Positions 39,003-48,811 of a stretch of DNA of 64,000 bases are shown here, in pieces (position 1 is the stretch's first letter; each line of letters starts with the position of its first letter). The position numbers and the translations under genes are program-made. The notes beneath the pieces were generated by a model. It did no database searches and had not been told where the DNA came from. It worked only from the letters and a program-made list of their open reading frames with translations. This stretch comes from Bacteroidota bacterium (GTDB taxonomy: Bacteria > Bacteroidota > Ignavibacteria > UBA10030 > UBA6906), in contig JANNSJ010000038.1 of NCBI GenBank assembly GCA_031402435.1, positions 15,597 through 79,596 of the forward strand, in the 5' to 3' direction.

Positions 39003-39776
39003 TTATGTTTTCCTATGCACCATGGACACCGTTGCCTGGTCTGTAGGAGTGACCAGCACCTCGCCGATGTTCACATGTGCGGGACGCATCGCGCAAAAGA
39101 CAACAATCTCGGCAACATCCTGCGGCCTCAACGGCGTCATTCCCGCGTACGTTTTCGATCCACGTTCCTTGTCGCCACGATAGCGCACCTCGCTGAATTC
39201 TGTTTCAACGAGCCCTGGATCGACGCTGCTTACCCGTACTCCTGTTCCGAGCAAGTCCATCTTCAGACTGCGGCTCAGGCCCGTAACAGCAAACTTCGAG
39301 GCGCTGTACACATTCCCCATCAGATACGTTTGATGTCCCGCGATGGATCCGATATTGATCACGTGCCCACTGTTTCGCCCGACCATGCCGGGAAGAACTG
39401 CGCGGGTCACATACATCAGTCCTTTCACATTCGTATTGATCATCTCTTCCCAGTCTTCCACATTGCCTTCGTGGAATTTTGCAAGTCCGCGTGCAAGTCC
39501 GGCGTTGTTCACAAGGATGTCAATGGTGTTCCATTCCGCGGGAAGTGAGGTGAAGGACTTCACGACCTCTGCGTTGTTGGTAACATCCAGTTGTGCAGTG
39601 TACGCCTTCACACCATGGTCACGGGTCAGTTGCAAAGCAAGATCATCAATGCGATCCTTGCGACGCGCCACCAACAGCAAGTTGCTTCCCTGTTTTGCGA
39701 ATTCAACCGCGCACGCCTTGCCGATACCACTGCTGGCACCGGTAATGCAAACAAGTTTATTTCTTAAGGGTTCCAT
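39003..39776 (-). CDS. SDR oxidoreductase (YdfG-like)
   Basis: TGASSGIG, NNAGLARG, YSASK and 'PGLVETEFS.VR'. Confidence 0.9.
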   Translation of the reverse strand: MEPLRNKLVCITGASSGIGKACAVEFAKQGSNLLLVARRKDRIDDLALQLTRDHGVKAYTAQLDVTNNAEVVKSFTSLPAEWNTIDILVNNAGLARGLAKFHEGNVEDWEEMINTNVKGLMYVTRAVLPGMVGRNSGHVINIGSIAGHQTYLMGNVYSASKFAVTGLSRSLKMDLLGTGVRVSSVDPGLVETEFSEVRYRGDKERGSKTYAGMTPLRPQDVAEIVVFCAMRPAHVNIGEVLVTPTDQATVSMVHRKT

Positions 39777-39883
39777 TGCTTGACGTTAATGTACACGCCA
39801 CATGAATAATTCACAGGCGTGAAAACAAAAAATGGGAAGAAGATGGGATCAAGTGATCCGACTCCGGAGATACATAAGCGTTC

Positions 39884-41530
39884 TCAGTGTCCGAGGGGAA
39901 ACACCGGCTCGATATCGACCGGAACATCGCCGAGACGGTTCAGGACTTTGTTCATCACCGGACGAATGCCCGCGAACTTGTCCAGCAACGCCTTTGCCTT
40001 CTCATAACTTCCTTCAGCCTGGATCGTCATGATTTCGCCGGTAAGTTTGCGGACCGCAGGCTTGATCTTGTCGAAGTCGACGTAGAATGCACCAAAAGTT
40101 GGATGATAATGGAACGCTCCTTCATCCATCAGGTAATTGAATTGCAAGGCCATCCCTCTACCATGTGCTTCCTTTACCCCGAACCGGATGGTGCGAAAGA
40201 CGCTCGCGAGAAACGTGATGTACATCCGGCGCTCCGTGGACTTGTCCACGATTCCCTTGTCAACGAGATATTGCAGCGCGAACAATCCGGAAATGTCGGC
40301 CTTTGCTTCTTCCAATGCCGAGCTGAGATCTTTCATAGCCTGACGCACTGTGGTTTCCTTCCCGTCTACTATGATGTTATGCGGGCCGAGACCGTGCATG
40401 AGTTCATGTGCGAGGATGTGTGTGAAGAATGGTTCAAACGCGACAGACTTCTGCTGATCGGGAATGACGGCAACTTTGGCAATAGGTGTCAGTACATGTT
40501 TGAATTTTGCCTCTTGCACATTCTTGAGCATCACTCTCTTGCTCCCCTTTTCCTCCGTCACCTTCTCGTCGTTCGGGAGGTTGAATGCCGCCGTCTGTAC
40601 TCCTGCACGGGCTTCTCCGCCGATCATCACTTCATCCACCACACGGATCGGCGCAAGTGAACCGAGCTTCGGGTTGCGATACTTGGGATCGATGGGAAGA
40701 TTATCCTCAATCTCCTGCAAGTAGCCTGAGTACTTCTCAAGATTCTTGGTTTCCTTGTCATTGCGGAGACAGATGTATGACTCAAATGCCGCCTTATAGT
40801 TGAACAGCTCATCCATGTACACCTCGTATGGGCCGATGGTCGGCTCAATCGGACTATCGAGATCCATCCACGCAACGTCGCTGTCATAGTAGTCGTTGCT
40901 GATAAATGCATCTGCACGCTTTGTCAGAAATGACTTGAGCGAGGCATTCTCCGTTAATGCCGCGGCTTCATGCAGAAGTTTCGCTGCAGGCTGGAGAAAC
41001 TCCTTGTATTCCTCATCGTACGGTACCAGCATGAGTTTCTTGTTGTTATCGCGTCTGATGGTATGGAAGAAACCGGTTGCCTTCTTCTGATCTTGTTCAG
41101 AGAGGGTCTTAACCCACTCATTGAACTCATCCTTTGTCATGTCATCGGGATAGTAGTTCGCGTGTGGTGGACGTGGCATGGGCACACCCTTGATGAATGC
41201 TTCATCGTGGTCGATTTTCGACCACGGTGCACTGTTGATGTTGTAGTAGTGGAGACGCTCCCTGCCCGCTTTCGTTTTATCCGATTCGAGTTTCTTGCGT
41301 AACGCTTCGTTACCGATCCATATCTGTCGCGTGTATATCTTGTCCATAAGCTTTGACGCTTCGACGAGCTTTGCCAACGCTTTTTTGTCTCCGGCAGAGA
41401 GCTTGGAAACATCCCCTTTGATTTCAGTCCGGGCAAACCGCTTGATCTTTGCTCCAAGACTCATGGATTCATCGGCGTTGGCGCTTGTTGTCATAATGAG
41501 CATGGCGATTGTGAGAATGAATATCTTCAT
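39884..41530 (-). CDS. Peptidase M49 (dipeptidyl-peptidase III-like), secreted
   Basis: 'IGPYEVY.D', 'AFNLPND', HELMH and EEAKAD; signal peptide from MKIFIL at 41530. Confidence 0.88.
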   Translation of the reverse strand: MKIFILTIAMLIMTTSANADESMSLGAKIKRFARTEIKGDVSKLSAGDKKALAKLVEASKLMDKIYTRQIWIGNEALRKKLESDKTKAGRERLHYYNINSAPWSKIDHDEAFIKGVPMPRPPHANYYPDDMTKDEFNEWVKTLSEQDQKKATGFFHTIRRDNNKKLMLVPYDEEYKEFLQPAAKLLHEAAALTENASLKSFLTKRADAFISNDYYDSDVAWMDLDSPIEPTIGPYEVYMDELFNYKAAFESYICLRNDKETKNLEKYSGYLQEIEDNLPIDPKYRNPKLGSLAPIRVVDEVMIGGEARAGVQTAAFNLPNDEKVTEEKGSKRVMLKNVQEAKFKHVLTPIAKVAVIPDQQKSVAFEPFFTHILAHELMHGLGPHNIIVDGKETTVRQAMKDLSSALEEAKADISGLFALQYLVDKGIVDKSTERRMYITFLASVFRTIRFGVKEAHGRGMALQFNYLMDEGAFHYHPTFGAFYVDFDKIKPAVRKLTGEIMTIQAEGSYEKAKALLDKFAGIRPVMNKVLNRLGDVPVDIEPVFPLGH

Positions 41531-41624
41531 GATATTTCCGCTGAAAGTGAAGAGTGGTAAGAGTGAAGTCGAATAAAGATAGCGCGAAGTTAGAAGAAGG
41601 TCAAGGGGTGAACTGACAAACACA

Positions 41625-41648
41625 AACGGGGACATTGCTGTCCCCGTT
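41625..41648 (-). terminator. Intrinsic terminator after the DEAD-box gene
   Basis: AACGGGGACA-ttgc-TGTCCCCGTT followed by a TGTGTTTGT tail on the minus strand. Confidence 0.75.
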
Positions 41649-41677
41649 GATGAAATGACTCAGGTAACTACGCCACG

Positions 41678-43090
41678 TTAGCGCTGATCATTACGCCAGG
41701 CTTTGGACGGACGCTTTCCATCCTTACGGTCTTTCGAGGAAAGCAGTTTCTTCCAATCGAACGACCCTGTTGCCGGGCGTGAAGGACCGCCGCCAGCGTC
41801 TGTCGAGAAGGACTCGAACTTTGGCGTGGGTGTCCTCTTTCTTCCTGGAGTGACTTCGAATCTCCGCTTCGGTGCAGGGCGTCTGTTGCGTTGCATACCG
41901 CCCCGGTCCGCCGCCGGGCGTTCCGAAGACACATGGAGTCCAGCCTGCCTCGGGGGTGGCGTGAAGCCTGGATACTTCTGCAACTCAAAGCGTCTGCTGA
42001 TGAAGCGCTCAATGCCTCTTACGTGCCGTTCTTCGTCGCGGGATACAAATGTTATCGCTGTGCCCTTTGCTTCGGCGCGGCCCGTGCGACCGATGCGGTG
42101 GATATAATCCTCGGCGTAGGGTGGCGTGTCGAAATTAATCACATGCGAGATGCCGTCCACGTCGATGCCACGGGCGGCAATGTCTGTAGCAACCAGCACT
42201 CTGAACTGCCCGCGCTTGAACCCGTCCAATGCACGTTGTCGCTGTGCCTGTGTACGGTTTGAATGGATGGCGGTCGCTTTCGTACCATTGCGTTCGAGGC
42301 GTTTCGTAATTTTATCCGCGCCGTGCTTGGTGCGCGAGAACACGAGGACGCTTTGCATCTGTTCCTTTTCAATAACATGGAACAAGAGATCAATTTTCGC
42401 TTCCTGGTGTACGGAATAGAAATGCTGGCTGATGGTCTCCGCAGGATTGCGGCGTTTGCCGACTTCAAAGTACTGTGGATCCTTCTGGATGGTACGGGTC
42501 AACGCCTTGATGTCATCCGATATCGTGGCGGAGAACAGAAGCGTCTGCCTGGCAGCAGGAAGACGGCCAATAATCTTCTTGACATCGTTGATGAATCCCA
42601 TATCCAGCATCCGATCGGCTTCGTCAAGCACGAGCACTTCAACCTTCGAGAGGTCGATGCTTCGACGCTCAATGTGGTCGAGCAATCTGCCCGGCGTTGC
42701 AATCACGATATCGACGCCACGACGGAGGTGCCGTAGCTGGTTCTCCATACTGACGCCGCCGTACACGGAGACGGACCGGAGATTCATGAAGCGGCCGTAG
42801 TTTTTCACCGCGTCCTCGACCTGCTGGGCAAGCTCACGGGTTGGCGTAACAACAAGTCCACGCACATGGCGTGCTGATTTATGAGCGTCCATTTCCTTTG
42901 AGAAACGGTGCAGCATCGGCAGTACAAACGCGGCAGTCTTGCCTGTTCCCGTCTGTGCACACCCGATAATGTCTTTCCCCGCAAGCGCTACAGGAATTGC
43001 AGCTTCTTGAATAGGGGTTGGTGCAGTATATCCCGCTGTGAGAATGCCCTGCATGAGTTGGTCTGATAGACCAAGTTTGGAAAATCCCAT
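41678..43090 (-). CDS. DEAD-box RNA helicase (RhlE-like)
   Basis: Q motif, AQTGTGKT, PTRELA, DEAD, SAT and HRIGRTGRA; basic disordered tail. Confidence 0.95.
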   Translation of the reverse strand: MGFSKLGLSDQLMQGILTAGYTAPTPIQEAAIPVALAGKDIIGCAQTGTGKTAAFVLPMLHRFSKEMDAHKSARHVRGLVVTPTRELAQQVEDAVKNYGRFMNLRSVSVYGGVSMENQLRHLRRGVDIVIATPGRLLDHIERRSIDLSKVEVLVLDEADRMLDMGFINDVKKIIGRLPAARQTLLFSATISDDIKALTRTIQKDPQYFEVGKRRNPAETISQHFYSVHQEAKIDLLFHVIEKEQMQSVLVFSRTKHGADKITKRLERNGTKATAIHSNRTQAQRQRALDGFKRGQFRVLVATDIAARGIDVDGISHVINFDTPPYAEDYIHRIGRTGRAEAKGTAITFVSRDEERHVRGIERFISRRFELQKYPGFTPPPRQAGLHVSSERPAADRGGMQRNRRPAPKRRFEVTPGRKRTPTPKFESFSTDAGGGPSRPATGSFDWKKLLSSKDRKDGKRPSKAWRNDQR

Positions 43091-43455
43091 CTGGTAAATC
43101 CTTTGATGAATTGGAAAATGTAGTGCCCCCGCACATGATCATACGATCAATCGGGGGTAGCTGCCAAAAGCTGAAACGCGCTTGCAATCGAACGAGAGGC
43201 AAAGTCGTCAGTTGGACTGAGTGGGGTGGTTACCCGTGGATACTTCGAACTGAGGGAACGAAGTCCTTCCCAACAAAAACTTAGCTTAACATCATCGGAG
43301 AGCGAGTCTCAAATGTCCGCTTCCGATACTGTGTGTTCTAACTCTTTGTTGGAACGGCACTTCTCACCGGTTGCGGTATGCATTGCCCTGCTGTAACTTT
43401 CAGGGCCGGTCCCGAACCTGTCGGGACTGCTGTTTTGCAGTGGTTATAAGATAAC
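43091..43455 (-). promoter_or_regulatory. Long structured 5' leader of the helicase gene
   Basis: TGnTATCTT extended -10 at about 43448-43456 (minus strand) and several hairpins in a 350-nt ORF-free stretch. Confidence 0.5.
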
Positions 43456-43722
43456 ATTTTGGCGGAGAATTCCTAATCCCGTGCCGTTGAACAGAGACAA
43501 GACCACCTATCCTATCACAACACAGATCAGACTTTGTCAACAGCACACTTCTGACCCGACATCAATGTTGCAACCTCGCTGATGGTGTGCCGTATATCAG
43601 TCATGCAGGTTCGCATGTAGTCCGGTCTCACCAACCATCCTCGGCTACTCTCCATCCAAATTCCCGTAGGTATCACTGCCGGCTTTTGTCGTTGCGTTCT
43701 CATAACATAGGGAGGAGTTGTC

Positions 43723-45735
43723 ATGGTCTGCGCCAAAGGATGGGTTGCTGTCTTCACGTTGTTGTTCATTATTGATATTACCGGGGTGAAAGGACAAGGC
43801 AGTCTCCCGATCATCGACGGCAAGATGGAACCCGGAGAGTGGGACGGAGCAAAGACGCTTTCAGATTTCTACACCGTCGTTCCGAAAACCGGACATCGCC
43901 ATGAAGACAGTACCATTGCGTACGTCAAGCAGTCCTCCGATGCGCTCTACTTCGGATTCAAGTTCTATCCTCGCAGCAAAGTCATCCGCCAATCGTTGAT
44001 CCGTGACCAGAGCTCCGACGAAGAGAATGAATTCTTCATCGTGTTGGATCTGGAAAACAAGAACGAGAACGGTTACATCTTCATCTTCAACTTCATTAAC
44101 AACCAACGGGATATGGCTGTGTACAATCAACGCAATCTCACGTTTGAGTGGGATTGGGTCTGGCAATGCAAGTCCGTGGTGTACAAGGAGCCGACGTCTA
44201 ATGAGCCCGGCTACATCGAAACCGAGGTGCGCATACCCGTGGACAAGCTCCAGAACAAGAACCGACAGCAAATCGGCATTGACCTGACACTGTTCGCGTA
44301 CAAACCGGATGGCTCATCGTACTTCTATGCGCTCACACCCGAGAGCGAAATCCTGACGGTCGCAAGCACCTACAAGCTGGATATCGAACCATTCGAAGAA
44401 AGTTTCACCCCAGATGTCTCAGCGATCCCCTTTGTTGTCGCACAGAAAACGCAGAGCACAGCAACCACCGGCGCGTTTGGCGGCGACCTCAATTTTTCAC
44501 TCGATAAACATAAACTGAAGGGAACAATCAACACGGACGAATCAACGCTCGAAGCCGACCCGTTTCAATTCTCTCTGTACGGACAATCCATCTTCCTGCA
44601 GGAAAAGCGTCCGTTCCTGAGCAAAGACCTTGACATCTACCGGATGCCGATCAACATTTTCTATACACGCGCCATCCAGGATATTCAATGGGGCGCCAAC
44701 TATACATTCCGCAGCAATGATGTAAAGGCGGGGCTCGTATCCGTGGAAGACGAACTCGACTCCGACGGCGATGGCAAAACCGAGCGGCGACGTCTTACCG
44801 TTGCGCGTTCGACATGGCAAGGCGGCGCTCTCAACCTTGGAACAACATTGTTGTATGGAAGAAACATCAACACCAAGGCGATTGAACGCGCCGTCAGTCT
44901 GGACAGCCGCATCGAACTGCCGCTCGGCTTCCGCTTTCAACCACAGTGGATTACCAACACCAATGGCAGTGCCTACCAGGTGCAGCTTTCCAGGCCGCGG
45001 AACTGGGCGGGCGGATTCTACGGAGGCGCGCTGTATCGCAAGTTCGGTTATGGCTTCGACGTCTCCACTCTCTTCAACAACTATGGCACCGAGTATCATG
45101 AACGGGATGTTGAGATCGGCTTCCGCAGCGTGAGTAACCGCCAGTTGTTCTCGCAGATTGAGCTCGATGCCGAATACTACAAGGCGTCAACGCTTGCGAC
45201 CGGGTTCATCTACCAGGAATACGGCGCTCTGTATGTCTCCAATCTGTTGCTGGAGAATATTCAACTCGCGCATCGCATTGAAGTGAACCGGCCTGAAGAA
45301 CAAACCGCGGCAGGCATCATCACACACAAGAATACACTGCAAGACCACAGCGTAAAGCTGATTCTCGGCGCTCAGGCGATCACGTTCGGATACAACTTCG
45401 GGCCGTACTATGGCACATACCTGAAGAACCCGTACGCGAACGCGCGCCTGATTCTGTGGGACCGGCTTGCGTGGGACATTACACTGAACCAACGCAGTTA
45501 CGCTGATGTGCATCAAACAATCGTACGCGTGAAGCTCGACGTCCGGGTGATGGAGCGGCTCTACTTCCGCTCGTTTGTACAAAAGGATAACTACGGGAAT
45601 CTCGGCCTCTGGAACACGTTGCTACAATACGAGTTCTTCGCCGGCAGCAGCGTGTATCTCGTGCTGAACCAGGAGGGGGATCGTTTCCAGAACAGCGGGA
45701 AGTTTTTTAAGGTGGGGTATGAGGTAAACCTCTAG
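43723..45735 (+). CDS. CBM9-like/DUF5916-type outer-membrane protein
   Basis: 'PIIDG..EPGEW', 'FLQEKRPFL' and 'IFYTR'; beta-barrel-like C-terminal half. Confidence 0.75.
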   Translation: MVCAKGWVAVFTLLFIIDITGVKGQGSLPIIDGKMEPGEWDGAKTLSDFYTVVPKTGHRHEDSTIAYVKQSSDALYFGFKFYPRSKVIRQSLIRDQSSDEENEFFIVLDLENKNENGYIFIFNFINNQRDMAVYNQRNLTFEWDWVWQCKSVVYKEPTSNEPGYIETEVRIPVDKLQNKNRQQIGIDLTLFAYKPDGSSYFYALTPESEILTVASTYKLDIEPFEESFTPDVSAIPFVVAQKTQSTATTGAFGGDLNFSLDKHKLKGTINTDESTLEADPFQFSLYGQSIFLQEKRPFLSKDLDIYRMPINIFYTRAIQDIQWGANYTFRSNDVKAGLVSVEDELDSDGDGKTERRRLTVARSTWQGGALNLGTTLLYGRNINTKAIERAVSLDSRIELPLGFRFQPQWITNTNGSAYQVQLSRPRNWAGGFYGGALYRKFGYGFDVSTLFNNYGTEYHERDVEIGFRSVSNRQLFSQIELDAEYYKASTLATGFIYQEYGALYVSNLLLENIQLAHRIEVNRPEEQTAAGIITHKNTLQDHSVKLILGAQAITFGYNFGPYYGTYLKNPYANARLILWDRLAWDITLNQRSYADVHQTIVRVKLDVRVMERLYFRSFVQKDNYGNLGLWNTLLQYEFFAGSSVYLVLNQEGDRFQNSGKFFKVGYEVNL

Positions 45736-45754
45736 CGGCACCCCAAAGGAAAGG

Positions 45755-45812
45755 AGGGCATCAAGATCGAACAACAACGAGGTTCCCAATACACCGAGAG
45801 CCTCGCTTGCGT
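45755..45812. repeat. 58-bp hairpin-containing repeat, copy 1
   Basis: AGGGCATC..AACAACAACGAGG...CCTCG..GCGT, similar to 47386-47444. Confidence 0.75.
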
Positions 45813-45888
45813 TTTCATCCCGTAATGCATTACACAAGGTATTCTATGAATCAACATCACCCAAGCGATCGAAGAATTGAAACCATGC

Positions 45889-47166
45889 TCACGGTCGCGC
45901 AGTGAATAATCGTTCCGCTGCAATGGTGACGTATCCATCCGTTCCAATTGGGAAACCTCCCGCTGCCAGTACGCGTGATGTTGGTCCCGTCAAATCATCA
46001 ACGCCTCCTACCGGCGAATACGCCACGACTCTCCATCCATAGCTCCCGGAAGAAGGGATGCCATAACCAATAGCTGAAAGGTTTGGGATTGAAATGGATG
46101 TCTCATTGGTATAGATAGTAAACGTCGGGGCAGACACGGACAAAGCACGGAACATTACAACATATACCGCAGTGCTCGTTGGCGTCCAGGAGAATATGGT
46201 GTTCGTATCGACATTGGTTGTCGCTGCAGGAGGAAGTGTTAACTGCACTCCGGATGGTACGCTGATTGCGTTGCCCGGACCGGGACGCAATGCCTTCGTA
46301 AAGGATGATTGAGATGTTGCATTACTCGCGCTGACTCTCAGTGCAAACGTACCGATCTCAGGTGATACTGCACAGTTGAACGTTGATGAACGTGAGGTAT
46401 CCGACGTCCAAAAAAAACTGGGGGAATCTTGTGCCATCCAGACCCCGGCAGCGCGGGAAGATTCTGTGTAGCCGGCGGGAAGAGTGATTGTCCCACTGGC
46501 AATAGTATCGCGTGGATCGGTGAGAGAGATGGTTGCAAGGTTTACGGGAACATTGTTCGTAAACGTAACATTGCTGATGGCTCCTAATCCCGTGAACTGC
46601 AACGGTAATCCCTGGGGGGAATTCTGTACCTGGAGGAACTTGACGGCGCCACTTGTTGTCGAAGGTCCGAACCACGACACATACGTTACGAAGCTTGAAT
46701 CTGTGATTGTCGACTGCCAGAGTCCGGAAGGAATCCCATTTTGTGGAAGATACATTGAATATGTCTGGTAACCGGCAGGCTGGGGATAGCTTCCGTTATG
46801 CAACACCCCTGAGTAGTTCGTTGCGCGACCGGTATCAGCGTTGTACCCCCCGGACGAAAAGATCGGGTCTGTACGTGTCAGACCCTTGAAGATGGATACC
46901 TGGTTAAATCGATCCACAAAAACGAGCGTGTACGGCGGCGTCACATTGGGAATGCTGAACCGCCCCGATGCATCGGTCGACGTTGGAGCCTTGCCCGGGA
47001 TATACACAGGAAAGTTTGCAAAAGGAATCATCAACGGTGAGACAATCCTCCCGCTGATCGTAACGGGCCCGCCGGCAATCGGCGCGGTTGTTTCATCCTT
47101 CTTGCAACCGGAGAATATCATGCCCGACATAACGGCCCCAAAGAACAGCAAGCGGATGGTTGTCAT
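45889..47166 (-). CDS. Lipoprotein with carboxypeptidase-regulatory-like and beta-sandwich domains
   Basis: Lipobox FSGC, 'TISGRIV' and 'STDASGRFSI'; TTGACT/TATATT promoter at 47223-47250. Confidence 0.8.
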   Translation of the reverse strand: MTTIRLLFFGAVMSGMIFSGCKKDETTAPIAGGPVTISGRIVSPLMIPFANFPVYIPGKAPTSTDASGRFSIPNVTPPYTLVFVDRFNQVSIFKGLTRTDPIFSSGGYNADTGRATNYSGVLHNGSYPQPAGYQTYSMYLPQNGIPSGLWQSTITDSSFVTYVSWFGPSTTSGAVKFLQVQNSPQGLPLQFTGLGAISNVTFTNNVPVNLATISLTDPRDTIASGTITLPAGYTESSRAAGVWMAQDSPSFFWTSDTSRSSTFNCAVSPEIGTFALRVSASNATSQSSFTKALRPGPGNAISVPSGVQLTLPPAATTNVDTNTIFSWTPTSTAVYVVMFRALSVSAPTFTIYTNETSISIPNLSAIGYGIPSSGSYGWRVVAYSPVGGVDDLTGPTSRVLAAGGFPIGTDGYVTIAAERLFTARP

Positions 47167-47277
47167 CTGATATCCTTTCAAAAGGGTGAAGAGAAAGCGT
47201 TGCTGAGGAAAACTTGCAGGTCAATATAAGATGTGATTCGTGAAAGTCAAGGGAGAGCATAGTAGTTCTCAAGCGTG

Positions 47278-47363
47278 CACGACCATCCCGCCCGTGGCGG
47301 GATAAAGTCCCGGTCGTCTTACTTCAGGATTCCAAGAAGTGGGTCAGGCGTCTCTGCCTGACC
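47278..47363. repeat. Cluster of REP-like palindromes
   Basis: ATCCCGCC-cgt-GGCGGGAT nested in CGACC..GGTCG, and GTGG-GTCAGGC-gtctct-GCCTGAC. Confidence 0.6.
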
Positions 47364-47385
47364 AATATGCAAAGTCGAGCACCGC

Positions 47386-47444
47386 AGGGCATCGACATCA
47401 AACAACAACGAGGCTCCCGGATATGCCGGGAACCTCGTTCGCGT
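47386..47444. repeat. 58-bp repeat, copy 2; probable terminator of the M16 operon
   Basis: AACGAGGCTCCCGG/CCGGGAACCTCGTT stem with a TTGTTGTTT tail on the minus strand. Confidence 0.75.
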
Positions 47445-47461
47445 CCATGAAAGAAGTCTAA

Positions 47462-48811
47462 CTACTGAACGAGTACTTCCTTTTCGAGCACCGTGATCTT
47501 GATTGCAGGATCGGTCTTCTGCAGGATCGGCCTGATCCTCTCTGCATCACCGTAAAACACCATATACAAATTCTTCGCATCAAATACTTCCTGAATCACC
47601 TTCGTTGCTGTCGAAGAATTCACCGCGTCGATCTTCGCGTAGTATTGCTCCTTGGTCAGAAGGGGAATACCGTAGCGATCCCTGTTCACTTCGCTCGTCA
47701 GTTTGAATCGTGGATCGAGCTGATAGGCATATCTGTTCTTGAACGTTGCATTACGACGCGCAAGCGCCTGCTGATACGCCGTATCGGCAGGGAACGTTTG
47801 GATGATATGCAACATTTCAGGAATGAGCTTGTCGGATGTCTCCGGCGTTGGATCGGAATAATAACTGATGCGGCCGGGTCCGTTCATTCCCCGTTGTTCA
47901 AACGCATACGCCCCGTAACACCACCCATTCTTGCCGCGCAGGACATTGAACAACAATCCCTGTGAACTCCCGAGCGCATCAACCACCAGTCCAAGATCGA
48001 ACCTGCGATCATCCGTTGCACGGATTCCCTTGTGCGACCATTGCAACCGATCATTCGTCGCTCCCGACGATGCGATGATAACGGCTTCACGTCCCTGCGG
48101 CATCTTCACGGCCACTTCAGGTTTCAACACGAAACCATTTGTGGAGCGGCCATTGGTGAACACTGACGTCTTTTGTGAAATTGCATCCTTCGAGAGATTC
48201 GAAATGGATGTACAATAGAGTATCGACGTGCCTTGGACCTTGCCCCAATACCGGACGACATCATCCCTTGTAATGCGACCAAGCGCTGCCCTCGAACCGA
48301 ACTTGCCGAACCGTGTTCCACCGTACGCAACGTATTCACTCGCCTGACTGAGCACGCCATCTGCATTTTCCAAAGCCGCATCCAACCCGTTGAGTTGCTG
48401 TTTTCGCACCAGGTCGAGCTCCTCTTGAGAGAAGTTGGCTTCCTTCATGGACCTTGCCACGAGGTTCAAGACTTCGTCAAGGTTCTTGGAGAAGCACGAG
48501 ATGCTGATGGTAAAATCCGTTTCGGACGCTGCTGCATTCACATCCGCGCCGAGAAGCTCGAACTTTGTCGAGATCACTTCACGCGTCATCGTTGGAGTTC
48601 CGCGAAAGAGCAGGCTGGCCGTGACATCTGCAAGTCCTGCAAGGTTCTCAGTCTCCTGCTGTGACCCTCCGCCATGAAACACCAACGTCAACGAAGTCAC
48701 GGGAACACGCCCATCGGATTGATAGTAGAGCGCGTTGTTCTTGATTGCATCCGCCGCCCGGCTTCCTGCAACGAAGAACAGGAGCGCAGCGATAAGTGTA
48801 CTTGTTCTCAT
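47462..48811 (-). CDS. M16 peptidase, non-catalytic subunit
   Basis: M16 fold cues ('GLA..TA.LL.RGT', 'LR...G..YG') but no HxxEH; signal peptide. Confidence 0.85.
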   Translation of the reverse strand: MRTSTLIAALLFFVAGSRAADAIKNNALYYQSDGRVPVTSLTLVFHGGGSQQETENLAGLADVTASLLFRGTPTMTREVISTKFELLGADVNAAASETDFTISISCFSKNLDEVLNLVARSMKEANFSQEELDLVRKQQLNGLDAALENADGVLSQASEYVAYGGTRFGKFGSRAALGRITRDDVVRYWGKVQGTSILYCTSISNLSKDAISQKTSVFTNGRSTNGFVLKPEVAVKMPQGREAVIIASSGATNDRLQWSHKGIRATDDRRFDLGLVVDALGSSQGLLFNVLRGKNGWCYGAYAFEQRGMNGPGRISYYSDPTPETSDKLIPEMLHIIQTFPADTAYQQALARRNATFKNRYAYQLDPRFKLTSEVNRDRYGIPLLTKEQYYAKIDAVNSSTATKVIQEVFDAKNLYMVFYGDAERIRPILQKTDPAIKITVLEKEVLVQ

